DNA of 64,000 nucleotides, from NCBI GenBank assembly GCA_964576115.1, contig CAZNUA010000002.1, forward strand, positions 85,789-149,788, given 5' to 3'. The translations under genes were made by a program, and so were the position numbers. This DNA comes from an uncultured Gemmatimonadota bacterium (lineage in GTDB: Bacteria; Blakebacterota; Blakebacteria; Blakebacterales; Blakebacteraceae). The notes beneath the pieces are model-generated. The model saw nothing but the letters and a program-made list of their open reading frames with translations. It was not told the DNA's origin and searched no databases. Shown in pieces: positions 9,827 through 18,453 of this stretch (position 1 is the stretch's first letter; every line of letters starts with the position of its first letter).

Positions 9827-11134
9827 TCAGGCCTGTACAATCCGGGCCTTTGGCTCGGCCACCCCTGACAGAGCATTGCGGGTGTCGATGACGAGCCGGG
9901 CCCGACCGGCCACCAGCTCGTAATCGACTCCGGTATGATCGGCGGCAATGACGACGGCATCATATCCGGCCAGGGTCTCGGCCGTCAGCGGAACCGACGG
10001 CGTTCCCGCCTGTTCCGGGTAGTCTCGTGTGAGGGGAAGTTCGGGAACGAAGGGGTCGTGATAGCTCACCTGTCCTGCCCCATTGTCCCGGAACAGAGAC
10101 ATGAGCCGCAGACCCGGTGATTCCCTGGTGTCGCTGATGTCCCGTTTGTATGCCACCCCCAGAACCAGAATGGCGGCCCCCTCCAGACCGGCCCCCGTCT
10201 CGGCCAGAGCGGCGGCTGTCTTGGCAACCACCCAGGCCGGCATGCCGGTATTGATCTGACCGGCCAGCTCCACGAACTGGGCCGGGAAATCGTACTTCGT
10301 GCGGGCCAGCCAGTACAGGTAGAAAGGATCGATCGGCAGGCAGTGTCCGCCCAGCCCGGGTCCGGGCCAGAAGGGCTGGAAGCCGAAGGGTTTGGTGGCG
10401 GCCGCCGCGATCACTTCCCAGATATCGAGTTCCATACGGTCGGCCAGCATCTTGAGTTCGTTCACCAGGGCGATGTTCACCGCCCGGTAGATGTTCTCGA
10501 GCAGTTTGGCCATTTCGGCCGTCTCGGGGTTCGAGACAGGTATCGTTTCGGGTGTAATCAGGTCATACAGGGCCCGGGCCCGCTCCAGATCCTCGGGACC
10601 GAGCCCGGCCACGATCTTGGGTACCCGGGTGATATCGTGGTTCTCATCGCCGGGATCGACCCGCTCGGGGCTGAACGCCAGAAAGAAGTCCCGCCCGGCT
10701 TCAAGGCCCGACACCTCCTCGAGGATCGGTTTGAGCACCTCACGGGTCGTTCCGGGATAGGTGGTGCTTTCCAGGGACACGAGTTGACCGGCCTGGAGGT
10801 GACGGCCCAGATCCCGGGCTGTCTTCTCCACAAAGGACAGGTCAGGTGTCATGACGTCTGTCAGTGGTGTCGGCACCGCTATGATCACCGCCTCCGCCTC
10901 GAGCATGCTCTCTGTATCGGTCGACAGGGTCACGGAGTCGCCGTCCAGCGCCGCAATACGTGTATCCGGTATGTGCGAGAGATAACTCTTTCCGGCCGCG
11001 AGACTTTCGATCTTGGGGGCCTCTATATCCACCCCGATCACCCCGCAGCCGGCCTCCCGGAAAGCCAGCAGCAGCGGCAGACCGACGTATCCGAGTCCGA
11101 TGACTCCGACAACGGGTTTCCCTGTCCTTTTCAT
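9827..11134 (-). CDS. UDP-sugar 6-dehydrogenase (WbpA/WecC-like)
   Basis: GLGYVG, ESTTYPGTT, SPERVDPG, KLLEN, GGHC (catalytic Cys) and YKRDISDTRESP. Confidence 0.93.
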   Translation of the reverse strand: MKRTGKPVVGVIGLGYVGLPLLLAFREAGCGVIGVDIEAPKIESLAAGKSYLSHIPDTRIAALDGDSVTLSTDTESMLEAEAVIIAVPTPLTDVMTPDLSFVEKTARDLGRHLQAGQLVSLESTTYPGTTREVLKPILEEVSGLEAGRDFFLAFSPERVDPGDENHDITRVPKIVAGLGPEDLERARALYDLITPETIPVSNPETAEMAKLLENIYRAVNIALVNELKMLADRMELDIWEVIAAAATKPFGFQPFWPGPGLGGHCLPIDPFYLYWLARTKYDFPAQFVELAGQINTGMPAWVVAKTAAALAETGAGLEGAAILVLGVAYKRDISDTRESPGLRLMSLFRDNGAGQVSYHDPFVPELPLTRDYPEQAGTPSVPLTAETLAGYDAVVIAADHTGVDYELVAGRARLVIDTRNALSGVAEPKARIVQA

Positions 11135-11943
11135 GGTCCTTGTCCCTGTGTGAGTACATACATCAGGATGCCCCCGGCCACCGCGACATTCAGGGATTCA
11201 ACCCTACCGGCCTGGGGGATCGTCAGGGCTTGACCCCGCCGCTTGAGTTCGGGGCGCACCCCGGAGGCCTCGCTGCCCAGCAGCAGTATCCAGGGCCGGG
11301 AATCCTGTTGCTCGGGCCTGTCCGACCCGCCGGAGACTTCGGCCCGGAAAACCGCCCACTCGTCTTCGGGCAGGATGTCCAGCAGGGCCTCCAGCTCCAC
11401 CCCTGAAAAGAGGCCGGGCAGGGTCAGGATGGTACCCGCCGAGCTGCGGATGACTTTCGGGTTCATCGGATCCACCGTGCCCCGACCGAAGAGAACGGCA
11501 CCGACTGCGAAGGCTCCGGCCGTGCGGACCAGGGTTCCGACATTGCCGGGGTCGGTCACGGCATCGAGGGCCAGGACCGATGTGATCTCCCGATCGTGAA
11601 GATGGGTGCGGATGTCGTCGGGTTCGGTTGCCGCCGGCGGCGCCCAGGACACCAGCGCCAGAAGCCCCGCGGGGGTGACCGTATCGCAGATCTCGGCGCA
11701 CTGGTGCGGTTCGATGGCGTACACATCCACACCGTCCTCCCGGGCCCGCTCGCTCAGGACGGCTGTTTCGGGGCGCCTGGCGGCGTCCGGGGTCAGGGCC
11801 ACGAACGCGACCGGCAGGTCGGCCTGCAGGGCATGCTCCACCGCCCGCAATCCTTCCACCACGACCAGCCCGCGCCGGCGGCGAACCGCCCGATGACGCA
11901 GGCCTCGCAGGAGACGGAGTTTACTGCGGTTCAGCGGTTCCAT
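11131..11943 (-). CDS. TrmH/SpoU family RNA methyltransferase
   Basis: DPGNVGTLVRTA, GSEASGV and ESLNVAVA SPOUT motifs. Confidence 0.93.
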   Translation of the reverse strand: MEPLNRSKLRLLRGLRHRAVRRRRGLVVVEGLRAVEHALQADLPVAFVALTPDAARRPETAVLSERAREDGVDVYAIEPHQCAEICDTVTPAGLLALVSWAPPAATEPDDIRTHLHDREITSVLALDAVTDPGNVGTLVRTAGAFAVGAVLFGRGTVDPMNPKVIRSSAGTILTLPGLFSGVELEALLDILPEDEWAVFRAEVSGGSDRPEQQDSRPWILLLGSEASGVRPELKRRGQALTIPQAGRVESLNVAVAGGILMYVLTQGQGP

Positions 11944-12448
11944 CGCCAGGCGGCTCTATCCCCACCGGGGGAGGTACCTGGGGGGGCCGGGTCAGCCGGA
12001 GATAGAGCAAAGCCCCGAGGGCTCCGAAGCCGGCGAAGAGAACCATGGAGAAGATCGCCGAGAAGAACTGCATGGCCAGCAGGGCCAGACCCTGTTCGGG
12101 CAGATTCTGCAGAAAATCGAGGGTGCCCGGCGGCACGTTATCGGGCAGGTAGCGTTCCAGACGCTCGAAAACGCCGGCCATGGCCGGTCCCAGGAACAGG
12201 CCCCAGAGGATCTCCAGGGTGGAACTCACCAGCCCGGCGAAGGCTCCGGCCAGGGCCCCCGTCACGGCCCCCTCCCCCTCTTTCAGGCTGGCGGTGCGAA
12301 CCACGACCGCCGCCGCGACGGCTCCGGCCACCCAGCCCCACAGGCAGCAGAAACAGTTCAACCAGCCGATCAGGGGAATGGCCGAGGCCAGACCGCCCGC
12401 CAGACCGCCCCAGAAAATCCCGCGTATTCTCTCTTCACTCAAGGCCAT
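11921..12448 (-). CDS. hypothetical membrane protein with CFCC motif
   Basis: About 4 Gly-rich TM helices; LNCFCCLW; overlaps both neighbours. Confidence 0.7.
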   Translation of the reverse strand: MALSEERIRGIFWGGLAGGLASAIPLIGWLNCFCCLWGWVAGAVAAAVVVRTASLKEGEGAVTGALAGAFAGLVSSTLEILWGLFLGPAMAGVFERLERYLPDNVPPGTLDFLQNLPEQGLALLAMQFFSAIFSMVLFAGFGALGALLYLRLTRPPQVPPPVGIEPPGDGTAEPQ

Positions 12449-12905
12449 GATTACATCCCGTCATCGCAAGGGCCAGTGGGGCGGCCGCCGCGACTCCCGT
12501 CAGGGCGCGCAGCGCCGGACCCGTATTCCACACACCCAGGAGGTTCCCCGCGCCGTCAAGGGCCAGCGGCAGGATGAGCAGAAAGGCTGCTCCAGGCACC
12601 CGCCAGCAGAAACCCGCCTGCCTGGCTCCGGCGCCGATCAACGCGACCACGGCCAATCCGGCATAGAAACCAGTGCAGCGGGCACAGACGACCAGGGCCG
12701 TGCCGCCGATCGCGAAGGAGCGCTCCGGGTCCTGATGGCAGAGCGGGCGAAAAGCGAGCCGTACCGCCCGGCTCACGATCGATTCCTCTCCGAGGAGCTG
12801 GGCGATGACGATCAGGAGCAACGGCGCCGCGAGCAGCCCTGCCCAGAAAAGAGGTGACGGGCGCTGCCGTACGACCGCCGGCGATCGATCGTTCGCCCCG
12901 TACAT
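12435..12905 (-). CDS. DUF2085-like membrane protein
   Basis: LCHQDPERSF, CARCTGFY, LDG and RALTG motifs. Start uncertain. Confidence 0.85.
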   Translation of the reverse strand: MYGANDRSPAVVRQRPSPLFWAGLLAAPLLLIVIAQLLGEESIVSRAVRLAFRPLCHQDPERSFAIGGTALVVCARCTGFYAGLAVVALIGAGARQAGFCWRVPGAAFLLILPLALDGAGNLLGVWNTGPALRALTGVAAAAPLALAMTGCNHGLE

Positions 12906-12937
12906 GGCGCGAATTCTAGGCCGGCGCCCGTCGACTG

Positions 12938-13612
12938 TCAACGCACTTCACCGATTTCCGAAACGCACGAAGAGAACTCGTTAGACACAAAGACGTGTGA
13001 ATAGGTGTTATAAAGGGTAAACGCGTGCTCGCCCGCCGGCTCTCTCAGCACCCCCTTCAACCCGTTCCGCTGGGCGGGAGAGTGCCAGAGAAGCAGCACC
13101 GCCCGGGGGCCCAGCAAGGGGAGGAGCCGGGGCAGGAGTGATTCCGGAGGAGCCAGAGCACGAACCGTCAGGCAGGAATAGCGCGCCACCTCTTCGGGAG
13201 CGAGGGACTCGAACCGGGCCCCGATCACATCGACCCGCTCAGAGAGGCCCAGCTCGCGGACAGTACGCTCGAGCCACTCGGCTTTGCGCGTTCGAGATTC
13301 CAGCAGCGAGACCCGACTGTGAGGCCGGGTGATGGCCAGCGGCAGTCCGGGCAGGCCGCCGCCGCTCCCGATATCAAGTATCGTCGCCGTCCCCTCCGTG
13401 GCGGGGGAGAGCAGACCGAGCAGGGAATCAGCCAGGTGACGGATCGGTCCGTCCTCCAGAGTCTTCGGGCTGATGAGATTGATCGTGCCGACGGACATGT
13501 GAAGGAGATCCCAGTACCGGGCCAGGAGATCCAGGGCGGCACTGTCCAGAACGATACCCAGGGGCTGAATTTCGGCCGTCAGAAGGCGGGCAGGCAGAAG
13601 ATCGTGTTTCAC
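12938..13612 (-). CDS. rsmG: 16S rRNA m7G527 methyltransferase (GidB)
   Basis: INLIS, RHLADSL, DIGSGGGLPG, LESRTRKAEWL and TVRAL. GTG start lies inside a parS site. Confidence 0.92.
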   Translation of the reverse strand: MKHDLLPARLLTAEIQPLGIVLDSAALDLLARYWDLLHMSVGTINLISPKTLEDGPIRHLADSLLGLLSPATEGTATILDIGSGGGLPGLPLAITRPHSRVSLLESRTRKAEWLERTVRELGLSERVDVIGARFESLAPEEVARYSCLTVRALAPPESLLPRLLPLLGPRAVLLLWHSPAQRNGLKGVLREPAGEHAFTLYNTYSHVFVSNEFSSCVSEIGEVR

Positions 13613-13620
13613 GTGAAACC
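13605..13620. promoter_or_regulatory. parS: parS site (1 mismatch)
   Basis: TGTTTCACGTGAAACC versus the canonical TGTTTCACGTGAAACA; origin-proximal. Confidence 0.9.
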
Positions 13621-13776
13621 TAGTGCCCTGTCACGCAACACGTGTCGTATTCGAACAGCGCTGCATCCCGACCGGCAGCGTTCTGTCTTCGTTCCGGTCC
13701 GGTAACGTGCCAAGGTCTCATGGTTCCAGGTACCCTGCCGGTGTCTTCTTCCCCCCGACACCGCGGTTCGTGGAGT

Positions 13777-13806
13777 AGTCTACAGATTGTCCTTTTTCGG
13801 ATACAA
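13777..13806 (-). promoter_or_regulatory. candidate sigma70 promoter for rsmG
   Basis: Minus strand reads TTGTAT-N18-TAGACT, between the two parS sites. Confidence 0.4.
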
Positions 13807-13816
13807 TACCGCGCGA

Positions 13817-13832
13817 TGTTTCACGTGAAACA
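13817..13832. promoter_or_regulatory. parS: parS site (perfect)
   Basis: TGTTTCACGTGAAACA, a perfect 16-bp palindrome. Confidence 0.95.
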
Positions 13833-13839
13833 ACGCCCG

Positions 13840-15645
13840 TCAGCGTTTCTTCCTGCCTCCCGGCTTTTGGACTGGACCGCCTTTGCCGGCTTTCTGTCCC
13901 CGGCCGCTTTGTACCGGGGTGCGCCCGTTCGCCGACCCCTTCCCTGACCGGCCGGTTCCCGTGCCTGCGGTTTCGGCTGCCGCGGGACGTTTGTGCACGA
14001 GTTCGGTCTGCACGATGGAGAGAATATTGAAGAGGGTCCAGTACAGGACCAGCCCGGCCGGAAAGCTCTTGAAGAGAAAGAAGAACATGATCGGCATCAG
14101 CAGGGCCATGGTTCTCTGCTGCGGGTTCTTGAGCTGGGCCCGCTGCTGAAGAAGCATGGTCAGACTCATCAACCCCGGCAGGACCATGTAGGGATCTGCC
14201 ATCGACAGGTCGTTGATCCAGAGTACGAAGGGGGCGCCCCGCAACTCGATGGTGGTACGAAAGACAATGAACAGGGCCCAGAAGACCGGCATCTGCAGGA
14301 GAAGGGGAAAGCACCCGCCGAGGGGGTTGACTTTGTTCTCCTTGTAGAGATTCATGATCTTTTTGTTCATCTTCTCCGGGTCGTCCTTGTATTTCTCCCG
14401 GATCTCCTGCATGCGCGGCGTCAGTTCCTGCATGGCATGCATGCTCTCGTACGACTTCCGTGTCAGCGGGAAGACCACGACCTTGACCAGAATGGAGAAG
14501 ACGATGAGGACCAGCCCGTAATTGGGGATGTACCCGTGCAGGAAGGTGAAGAGGATCAAAACGAACTTGCTGATCGGCTTGATGATGCTGAACCCGAAGT
14601 CCATCATTCCTTCGAGACCGACCTCGTACTCACGCAGGATACTGTAATCGATCGGTCCCAGATAGAGCAGGGTACCTATTTCGCTTCCGGCGGTTGTCTC
14701 GATCTCTCGTTCGGCCGCCAGCTGCATGCGCGGTGGACCGTTCTCGCCGGCCTGGCCGCTCATTCTGACGGTCCGGAAGAGCTCGCCCTGCGGGACGAGG
14801 GCGGCGGTGAAATACTTGGTCCGCAAAGCCACCCATTCAACCGATCCGAAGAGCTGCTCCTCGACATGATCCTGCTTCAGGCGGGTTTTCTGCACATCAC
14901 CCCCCTGAGAGCCGTAAAAACCCGAGTACTGGACGTCTTCCCGCCGGGTCTTGTCCGTACTCGTTTCGGTGAAGTTGAGTCCGCCGACCCATAACAACCG
15001 GTAGGCGTCGTTCATGGGGGTGGTGGTGAAACCGGTGAAGGCGTCGTTGATACCCACCGCATACCCGTCACCGTTGAAGGTCAGGCGTCGCACCGCCTGC
15101 CTCTCGTCTGCCACCTCGGCCGACATGACCAGCGTGGTTTCCTCGCCGGGTCCGATTCTGATGGTGTCGGGTGCGTCGCAGGAAAAGACCAGATTCAGAG
15201 CATTGAGCCGTTCTTCTCCGAGCGGGATTTCGAAGACCGGACCCCACGTTCCCGGCGGCAGCATCTGTATCGGCGGCTCATCCTCGCGCTGGTAGTTCCG
15301 CAGCCGCCACTTTTCTATAACCGCACCGCGCGTATTCATGGTCGCCGTATAGAGGGGCGTCACAACCGTCAGCGCCCGGCCGGATCCGGGTATCTGGTCC
15401 ACGCCGGCTTGTTCGGGCTCCGAAGTAGTTGGTTGGATGGGTTCGGTTTCCGTAACATCGTCCCGACTCCAGGCTCCGATGGTATCGGCCGTCACCGCCT
15501 GGGTCATCAGGCTGTCCGGCAGGTCGGTCTGGGGGGGCGGCGGGGGTGTCTCGGTCGGCCCATAGAACCAGCGCATGTAGGTCGGCATGAGCAGCAGGAT
15601 GAGGCCGATGATGACCAGGGCGATGATGGTGCGTTTGTCGTTCAT
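13840..15645 (-). CDS. yidC: membrane protein insertase YidC
   Basis: N-terminal TM and large periplasmic domain; KYFTAAL, LYLGP, NPLGGCFPLLLQMPVF, WINDLS and GLVLYW. Confidence 0.97.
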   Translation of the reverse strand: MNDKRTIIALVIIGLILLLMPTYMRWFYGPTETPPPPPQTDLPDSLMTQAVTADTIGAWSRDDVTETEPIQPTTSEPEQAGVDQIPGSGRALTVVTPLYTATMNTRGAVIEKWRLRNYQREDEPPIQMLPPGTWGPVFEIPLGEERLNALNLVFSCDAPDTIRIGPGEETTLVMSAEVADERQAVRRLTFNGDGYAVGINDAFTGFTTTPMNDAYRLLWVGGLNFTETSTDKTRREDVQYSGFYGSQGGDVQKTRLKQDHVEEQLFGSVEWVALRTKYFTAALVPQGELFRTVRMSGQAGENGPPRMQLAAEREIETTAGSEIGTLLYLGPIDYSILREYEVGLEGMMDFGFSIIKPISKFVLILFTFLHGYIPNYGLVLIVFSILVKVVVFPLTRKSYESMHAMQELTPRMQEIREKYKDDPEKMNKKIMNLYKENKVNPLGGCFPLLLQMPVFWALFIVFRTTIELRGAPFVLWINDLSMADPYMVLPGLMSLTMLLQQRAQLKNPQQRTMALLMPIMFFFLFKSFPAGLVLYWTLFNILSIVQTELVHKRPAAAETAGTGTGRSGKGSANGRTPVQSGRGQKAGKGGPVQKPGGRKKR

Positions 15646-15893
15646 CCGTGTTTCTCGGACTCGGGTACGGGATCATACCCGCCTCGCGACCAGGGGCCGC
15701 ATCGCAGTATGCGCCAGAGACTCAATCCGGTCCCGCGCAGGGGACCGTGTGTTCTCAAGGCCTCGAGGGCATAGGCGGAACAGGTAGGGTAAAAACGGCA
15801 GTGGGATCCGAGCAGGGGTGAAAGGAAGATCTGGTAGGCCCTGAGGGGCAGCTGCAGGACCTTAACGATCCAGTTGCTGTGCCAGGCTCTCAA
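15642..15893 (-). CDS. yidD: membrane protein insertion efficiency factor
   Basis: YQIFLSP, CRFYPTCSAY, RILRC and GGYDPVP. Start put at the in-frame TTG 15893 inside the rnpA 3' end (uncertain). Confidence 0.9.
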   Translation of the reverse strand: MRAWHSNWIVKVLQLPLRAYQIFLSPLLGSHCRFYPTCSAYALEALRTHGPLRGTGLSLWRILRCGPWSRGGYDPVPESEKHG

Positions 15894-16218
15894 AGGAACG
15901 TCTGAGCTGGGAGAAGTCCGCCTCAACGGCGCCCGCCTTTGCGATGATGATGAAGTCACCCGCAGGAAGCCTCTCCCGACCGGTGCGGTATATCTCCCTC
16001 AACCACCGCCTGATCCGGTTTCGCACGACGGCCGTGGGACAGTGGCGACTCACCGTCAGGGCGACCCTGCGTGTGCCCCTCTCCCGTTCCAGGTGATAGC
16101 GGATGACCAGCATCGTGTTCTCGCGGGTATCGCCCCCGGTCATGAGGTTCCCGATTGTCCGGCGCCCCTTGAGACGCTCGGCGCGGGGGAACCGTTCCTT
16201 CCCCCGGCCCGTGCTCAG
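15862..16218 (-). CDS. rnpA: ribonuclease P protein component
   Basis: [13 protein letters not shown] (RNR motif) and DFIIIAK. Start ambiguous: CTG 16218, or GTG 16359/TTG 16374 upstream of rpmH. Confidence 0.9.
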   Translation of the reverse strand: MSTGRGKERFPRAERLKGRRTIGNLMTGGDTRENTMLVIRYHLERERGTRRVALTVSRHCPTAVVRNRIRRWLREIYRTGRERLPAGDFIIIAKAGAVEADFSQLRRSFESLAQQLDR

Positions 16219-16349
16219 ACGCTCAGACGTCGGCGCCCCTTCTTGCGGCGTCGCTTGAGAACGGCCCGACCGCTGCGCGAACTCATCCGGGATCGGAATC
16301 CGTGAGTATTTTTCCGTTTCCGGCGGCTGGGCTGATAAGTCCGTTTCAC
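16215..16349 (-). CDS. rpmH: 50S ribosomal protein L34
   Basis: Not in the ORF track; manual translation [47 protein letters not shown] start with SD-like AGGTGA/GAGG. Confidence 0.97.
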   Translation of the reverse strand: MKRTYQPSRRKRKNTHGFRSRMSSRSGRAVLKRRRKKGRRRLSV

Positions 16350-16489
16350 CCTTCCTCACCTGTCCTGTCAGCAAGATGGTTCCCTGTGGTGCAAGACGCG
16401 CTAAGATGCCCCTACAAAGCCCCGACCGTCAAGCCCAATCAACCCCCTCCACCACCTGGCCGCAGTCTCTTCCCGGTCTTCCCCGGAAT

Positions 16490-16633
16490 TGTGTATACGG
16501 TTCATTTTTTTCGTGGAAAAGACCTTGACTGCCTCGCGGGAGGTATGATACGTTGGCGCTTCGCACGGCGGTGTGGATAAGTGGATAAGGTGTGGATAAC
16601 CGTGTTGGTGGGGTGTTGACGGGGCCGGGATAA
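16490..16633. promoter_or_regulatory. DnaA-box cluster upstream of dnaA (oriC part 1) with candidate dnaA promoter
   Basis: Perfect TGTGGATAA at 16572-16580 and 16591-16599; 1-mismatch boxes at 16580, 16490 and 16512; TTGACT(16525)-N18-TACGTT with TGn extension. Confidence 0.85.
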
Positions 16634-16732
16634 CTCTCCTGCCTCCGAAGTAACGTAGTGTCGAACCGGGAGTTACAGCAAGGAACCGCTGTTCCCGGAG
16701 AGTGTCACCGCACATCAAGGAGTACCGGTAAC

Positions 16733-18112
16733 GTGGCTCAATCCGCCGATGTCATCTGGTCGAGATGTCTCGACGATCTGTCTGCCCAGCTCCCGGCCCA
16801 GAGCTTCGAAACCTGGTTCAAACCGATCCAGCCCTCCCGACTCGGCGAGGATGAATTCCGGCTGGAGGTGCCGAGTCATTTCTTCGTCAACTGGGTGGAG
16901 CAGCACTACCGGCCGCTTCTGGATCGGATCGTGAAGTCCCGCGCCGGCGAGAACGTCCGGGTTGTCTTCGACATTCAGGAATCCGATCGGGAACAGGACA
17001 ATCCCGCCGCTCACCTGCCGCCCGAGAATCCGCACCCGATGACGACCAGGACCGGCGGTGGCGGTCTTCTCGACCCGGTGGCCCTGAATCCACGGTTCTC
17101 TTTCGACACCTTCGTCATCGGTAACAGTAATCAGTTCGCTCACGCCGCATCGAAGGCTGTTGCCGAAGCTCCGGGAAAAACCGCCTTCAACCCCCTGCTC
17201 GTGTACGGCGGGGTCGGTCTGGGCAAAACCCATTTGCTGCAGGCCATTGCCAGTTATGCCATCCAGAACGGTACCGCCACCCGCGTGAGCTACATTTCGA
17301 GCGAAAAGTTTGTAAGCGATTTCATTACCTCGATCCAGAACAACAAGACTTCCGAATTCAGTTCTCTGTACCGTAATGTGGATCTCCTGCTGGTGGACGA
17401 CATCCAGTTTTTCACCAACAAGGAAAGAACCCAGGAGGAATTTTTTCATACCTTCAACACCCTGCATCAGCGCGGCAAACAGATCGTCCTGACCAGCGAC
17501 CGCCTGCCCCGCGACCTGCCCGGTCTCGAAGAGCGGCTCATCTCCCGCTTTCTCTGGGGGCTCGTGACTGACATCCAGACACCCGACCTCGAGACCCGGG
17601 TCGCCATCCTGCAGAAGAAGGCCGATACCGACGGAGTCGATGTCCCCAACGACGTCCTGCTCTACATTGCCCAGAACATCAAGTCCAACATCCGCGAGCT
17701 GGAGAGTTGTCTGATCAAACTGCTGGCTTTTTCTTCGCTGACCGGTCGCGAGATCACCGTCGATCTGGCCCTCGAAGTACTCCATGATCAGATCGATACA
17801 ACCCGGACCTGGATCACACTCGAATCTCTACAGGAAACCGTCGCCTCCCATTTCAACATCTCGACCGATCTTCTCAAGGCCCGCACCCGGAAAAAAGAAA
17901 TCGTGGTGCCCCGCCAGATCGCAATGTTCCTCTGCAAGCACCTGACCGACAGCAGTCTTAAAACGATCGGCCTGCACTTCGGCGGCCGGGATCACTCCAC
18001 AGTCATTCATGCCTTCCAGACGATCGAGGAGAAACTCTCTACCAATCCTCAGATCAAGAGAGATGTCGATTCCCTTCTCTCCCGTCTGGACGTCGAACTC
18101 GATCTGCCATGA
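16733..18112 (+). CDS. dnaA: chromosomal replication initiator DnaA
   Basis: NPLLVYGGVGLGKTHL, DDIQF, QEEFFHTFN and GGRDHSTV. GTG 16733 follows AAGGAG (alternative start 16658). Confidence 0.98.
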   Translation: MAQSADVIWSRCLDDLSAQLPAQSFETWFKPIQPSRLGEDEFRLEVPSHFFVNWVEQHYRPLLDRIVKSRAGENVRVVFDIQESDREQDNPAAHLPPENPHPMTTRTGGGGLLDPVALNPRFSFDTFVIGNSNQFAHAASKAVAEAPGKTAFNPLLVYGGVGLGKTHLLQAIASYAIQNGTATRVSYISSEKFVSDFITSIQNNKTSEFSSLYRNVDLLLVDDIQFFTNKERTQEEFFHTFNTLHQRGKQIVLTSDRLPRDLPGLEERLISRFLWGLVTDIQTPDLETRVAILQKKADTDGVDVPNDVLLYIAQNIKSNIRELESCLIKLLAFSSLTGREITVDLALEVLHDQIDTTRTWITLESLQETVASHFNISTDLLKARTRKKEIVVPRQIAMFLCKHLTDSSLKTIGLHFGGRDHSTVIHAFQTIEEKLSTNPQIKRDVDSLLSRLDVELDLP

Positions 18113-18453
18113 AAAGCTGGTGATAACCCCCTGACTGGGTGTTGACATCCCCCCGATTCCTGTTCACCCGGCTGTGCTCAACTCCCCCCCGCACGGCCTT
18201 GTTCGGTGAATATGTTGACACGGTGGAAAAGAGGCTCTCTTACCCACCCTGCGGGGCTCATTTTTCCACACTGAAGGGAATTGTTAATTTGCTTTACTGT
18301 AACAATTTAAGAGAAAAATCGCGTCTTGTACCAACTATCCACACTGCTTACTACTATTATGTCTGTTCTCTATATATTTTACGTAGGTTACACCGTCCGG
18401 TAACCGCTCGGTTCCGGTTTCACAGGACTACCTCCTGACGCAGGGAGCAACTG
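18113..18453. promoter_or_regulatory. oriC: oriC unwinding region (DnaA boxes, DnaA-trios, AT-rich DUE)
   Basis: TTTTCCACA 18262-18270; CTATCCACA 18335-18343 followed by TACTACTATTAT 18349-18360 and TATATATTTT. An AT-rich island in a GC-rich genome. Confidence 0.88.

Noticed and set aside
13698-13714. TTGGCACG on the minus strand upstream of rsmG as a sigma54 site
   Set aside because: No GC at the -12 position (it reads GA).
18139-18438. Small ORFs in oriC and other intergenic regions (16401-16718, 25773-26294)
   Set aside because: No motifs or good SD; they overlap DnaA boxes and promoter elements.
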